From: Candidatus Bathyarchaeia archaeon
GTDB lineage: Archaea; Thermoproteota; Bathyarchaeia; 40CM-2-53-6
Direction of reading: 5' to 3'
Assembly: GCA_049517415.1 (NCBI GenBank)
Contig: JBEKSC010000030.1
Span: 1-28,097 of the forward strand
DNA: 28,097 nucleotides
Below are positions 26,389-28,097 of this stretch, one piece after another. Every line of letters starts with the position of its first letter. The stretch's first letter is position 1. Both the position numbers and the translations under genes were made by a program. The notes below the pieces were generated by a model. It saw nothing but the letters and a program-made list of their open reading frames with translations, was not told the DNA's origin and did not search any database.

Positions 26389-27780
26389 TTATTTTTGTAG
26401 AATATGAATTGCTTTTCCTTTTGCGGCTTCCGAAGCTTCCATGATGCTTTCGGGCAAGGTTGGGTGTGGGTGTACCGTGAATCCAATGTCCTCCACAGTC
26501 GCGCCCATTTCAATCGCGAGCGCAGCCTCGCTGATCATATCCGACGCTTCGGCGCCAACGATGTGAACGCCCAAGACAAGGTCTGAGCTCCTGTCCGCAA
26601 CTATTTTCACGAATCCCTCGGTTTCTCCGGCTAGCATTGCGCGGCCCAGAGCTGTGAAAGGAAACTTTCCAACAATTGGATCGTAGCCCTTCTCTCTTGC
26701 TTGAGCTTCAGTGAGGCCGACTGTTGCAATTTCGGGGTCCGAGAAGATCACGCCAGCGATCGCGCGGAAGTCTGCTTCACTGTTCATGCCTGCGATGGCT
26801 TCGGCCGCTACGATGCCTTCCTTCGAGGCTTTATGGGCTAGCATTGGTGGGCCGACTATGTCGCCTATGGCGTAGATGCCGGGCACGTTCGTTTGCATTT
26901 TCTTATCGACCTGAATGAAACCGTGTGTATCTGTCTTCACGCCGGTCGCTTGCAGTCCAATCTGGTCGCTGTTCGGGCGCCTTCCCACTGTAACCAGGAC
27001 TTTGTCAGCATCGAACGCCGCTTCCTTGCCATCCTCCAATTCAGCGTAAACTTTCCCGCCGCGAAATTCTTTAGCCTTCGATTTCACGTGGTAATCCACG
27101 CCAAGTTTGCGGAGGGAACGTTCTACGACTCTCACCAGTTCAATATCCGTCTCTGGGAGAAGCTGCTCCAACATTTCAATAATCGTGACTTTGCTTCCGA
27201 GTTCGGTGTACATGGTTCCCATCTCTAGCCCCGTGACGCCTCCGCCGATTATGACGAGGTTCTTTGGAATCTCTTGAAGCGCGAGGGCTTCGGTTGAGCT
27301 GATTATGCGTGTTCCATCAAACCTGAAGGTGGGAAGGTCGAAGTAGCGTGAGCCAGCCGCTATCACAACTTCCTTTGCCTCTATGCTCTCGATCCCAGCG
27401 GCGGTCTCTACTTCAAGTTGCTTTGGGCCTTTGAAGGTGCCTATGCCCTTGATGATTTTGACATTATTCCCTTTGCACAAGTATTCGACGCCTTGCGTTA
27501 GCCGGTCTACTACACTCTGCTTCCACGCCTGTACCTTAGGAAAATCGACCCTAAGGCCGGTCACTTCGAGGCCGATCTGTTTGGCGGCTTCGAGCCTCTT
27601 CTTCAGTTTAGCTACGCGGATGAGCGCTTTGGAGGGGATGCATCCTATATTCAAACAAACTCCGCCGAGTTGACCCTTTTCGATTAGAGTTGTTTCTTTC
27701 CCAAGCTGGCCTAGCCTGATGGCGGCCACGTACCCGCCTGGTCCTGCTCCGAGAACGAGAACTTCTGTTTTCTGCGCCAT
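26389..27780 (-). CDS. lpdA: Dihydrolipoyl dehydrogenase
   Basis: 'GAGPGGY', 'GGVCLNIGCIPSK', 'LAHKAS', 'HPHPTLPE'. Confidence 0.96.
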   Translation of the reverse strand: MAQKTEVLVLGAGPGGYVAAIRLGQLGKETTLIEKGQLGGVCLNIGCIPSKALIRVAKLKKRLEAAKQIGLEVTGLRVDFPKVQAWKQSVVDRLTQGVEYLCKGNNVKIIKGIGTFKGPKQLEVETAAGIESIEAKEVVIAAGSRYFDLPTFRFDGTRIISSTEALALQEIPKNLVIIGGGVTGLEMGTMYTELGSKVTIIEMLEQLLPETDIELVRVVERSLRKLGVDYHVKSKAKEFRGGKVYAELEDGKEAAFDADKVLVTVGRRPNSDQIGLQATGVKTDTHGFIQVDKKMQTNVPGIYAIGDIVGPPMLAHKASKEGIVAAEAIAGMNSEADFRAIAGVIFSDPEIATVGLTEAQAREKGYDPIVGKFPFTALGRAMLAGETEGFVKIVADRSSDLVLGVHIVGAEASDMISEAALAIEMGATVEDIGFTVHPHPTLPESIMEASEAAKGKAIHILQK

Positions 27781-27858
27781 TCTAAACCACGATTCTGTGT
27801 TTACTTTGTCGAGTTCGTTATCGTATTGAAGGCTGGTATTTAGCTCGCTTTCTTCACG

Positions 27859-28097
27859 TCAACGCTGGAAGATTTTACTGTAGGTTAGTCCAAGCACAGC
27901 GAACACAAGAGAGATCGATAGGAGAACCCCGACGAACGGGAGGATCGCGAGCGAGATGGCTAGGGAGACCCAGGGCAGAATTTCGCCTCCTTTTCTACCT
28001 TTGAGGAGCTTTATGCCCGCGACTGAACCAATGACGTAGACTATGATTGCAGCTCCGCTTGGAATGAGAAGAGCAGTCTCTAGGTCAACATTCAGGA
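27859..28097 (-). CDS. C-terminal end of a membrane protein, probably an APC amino-acid permease (partial)
   Basis: Manual translation 'LNVDLETALLIPSGAAIIVYVIGSVAGIKLL...LGLTYSKIFQR*', three hydrophobic helices. Not in the ORF track. Confidence 0.6.
   Translation of the reverse strand, partial: LNVDLETALLIPSGAAIIVYVIGSVAGIKLLKGRKGGEILPWVSLAISLAILPFVGVLLSISLVFAVLGLTYSKIFQR

Overview
Archaeal chromosomal window (Alba, Bat-type HTH-10 regulator, PGF-type C-terminal sorting tail; TACK/Bathyarchaeia-like by inference) of mostly metabolic and transport genes. No rRNA, tRNA, CRISPR or transposase was recognised. The most notable region is a compact nitrite/NO module at 21.6-25.0 kb. It holds a Cys-containing HTH-10 regulator, a membrane-anchored copper nitrite reductase (NirK) with a fused C-terminal cupredoxin, and an unusual twin-arginine-signal, Met-rich MoaD/SAMP ubiquitin-like protein ending in GG. 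A divergent hemerythrin and a shared palindromic operator candidate (CCCTAAC-N2-GTTAGGG) complete it. Also present: an SsnA/cyclic amidohydrolase/MocA purine-catabolism-like cluster with a Nudix-IF2B fusion, a 77-aa Tyr-rich repeat peptide beside an MFS transporter, and four degraded genes (PPOX, VOC, OppF, ArsC). All assignments come from motif recognition, not database searches.
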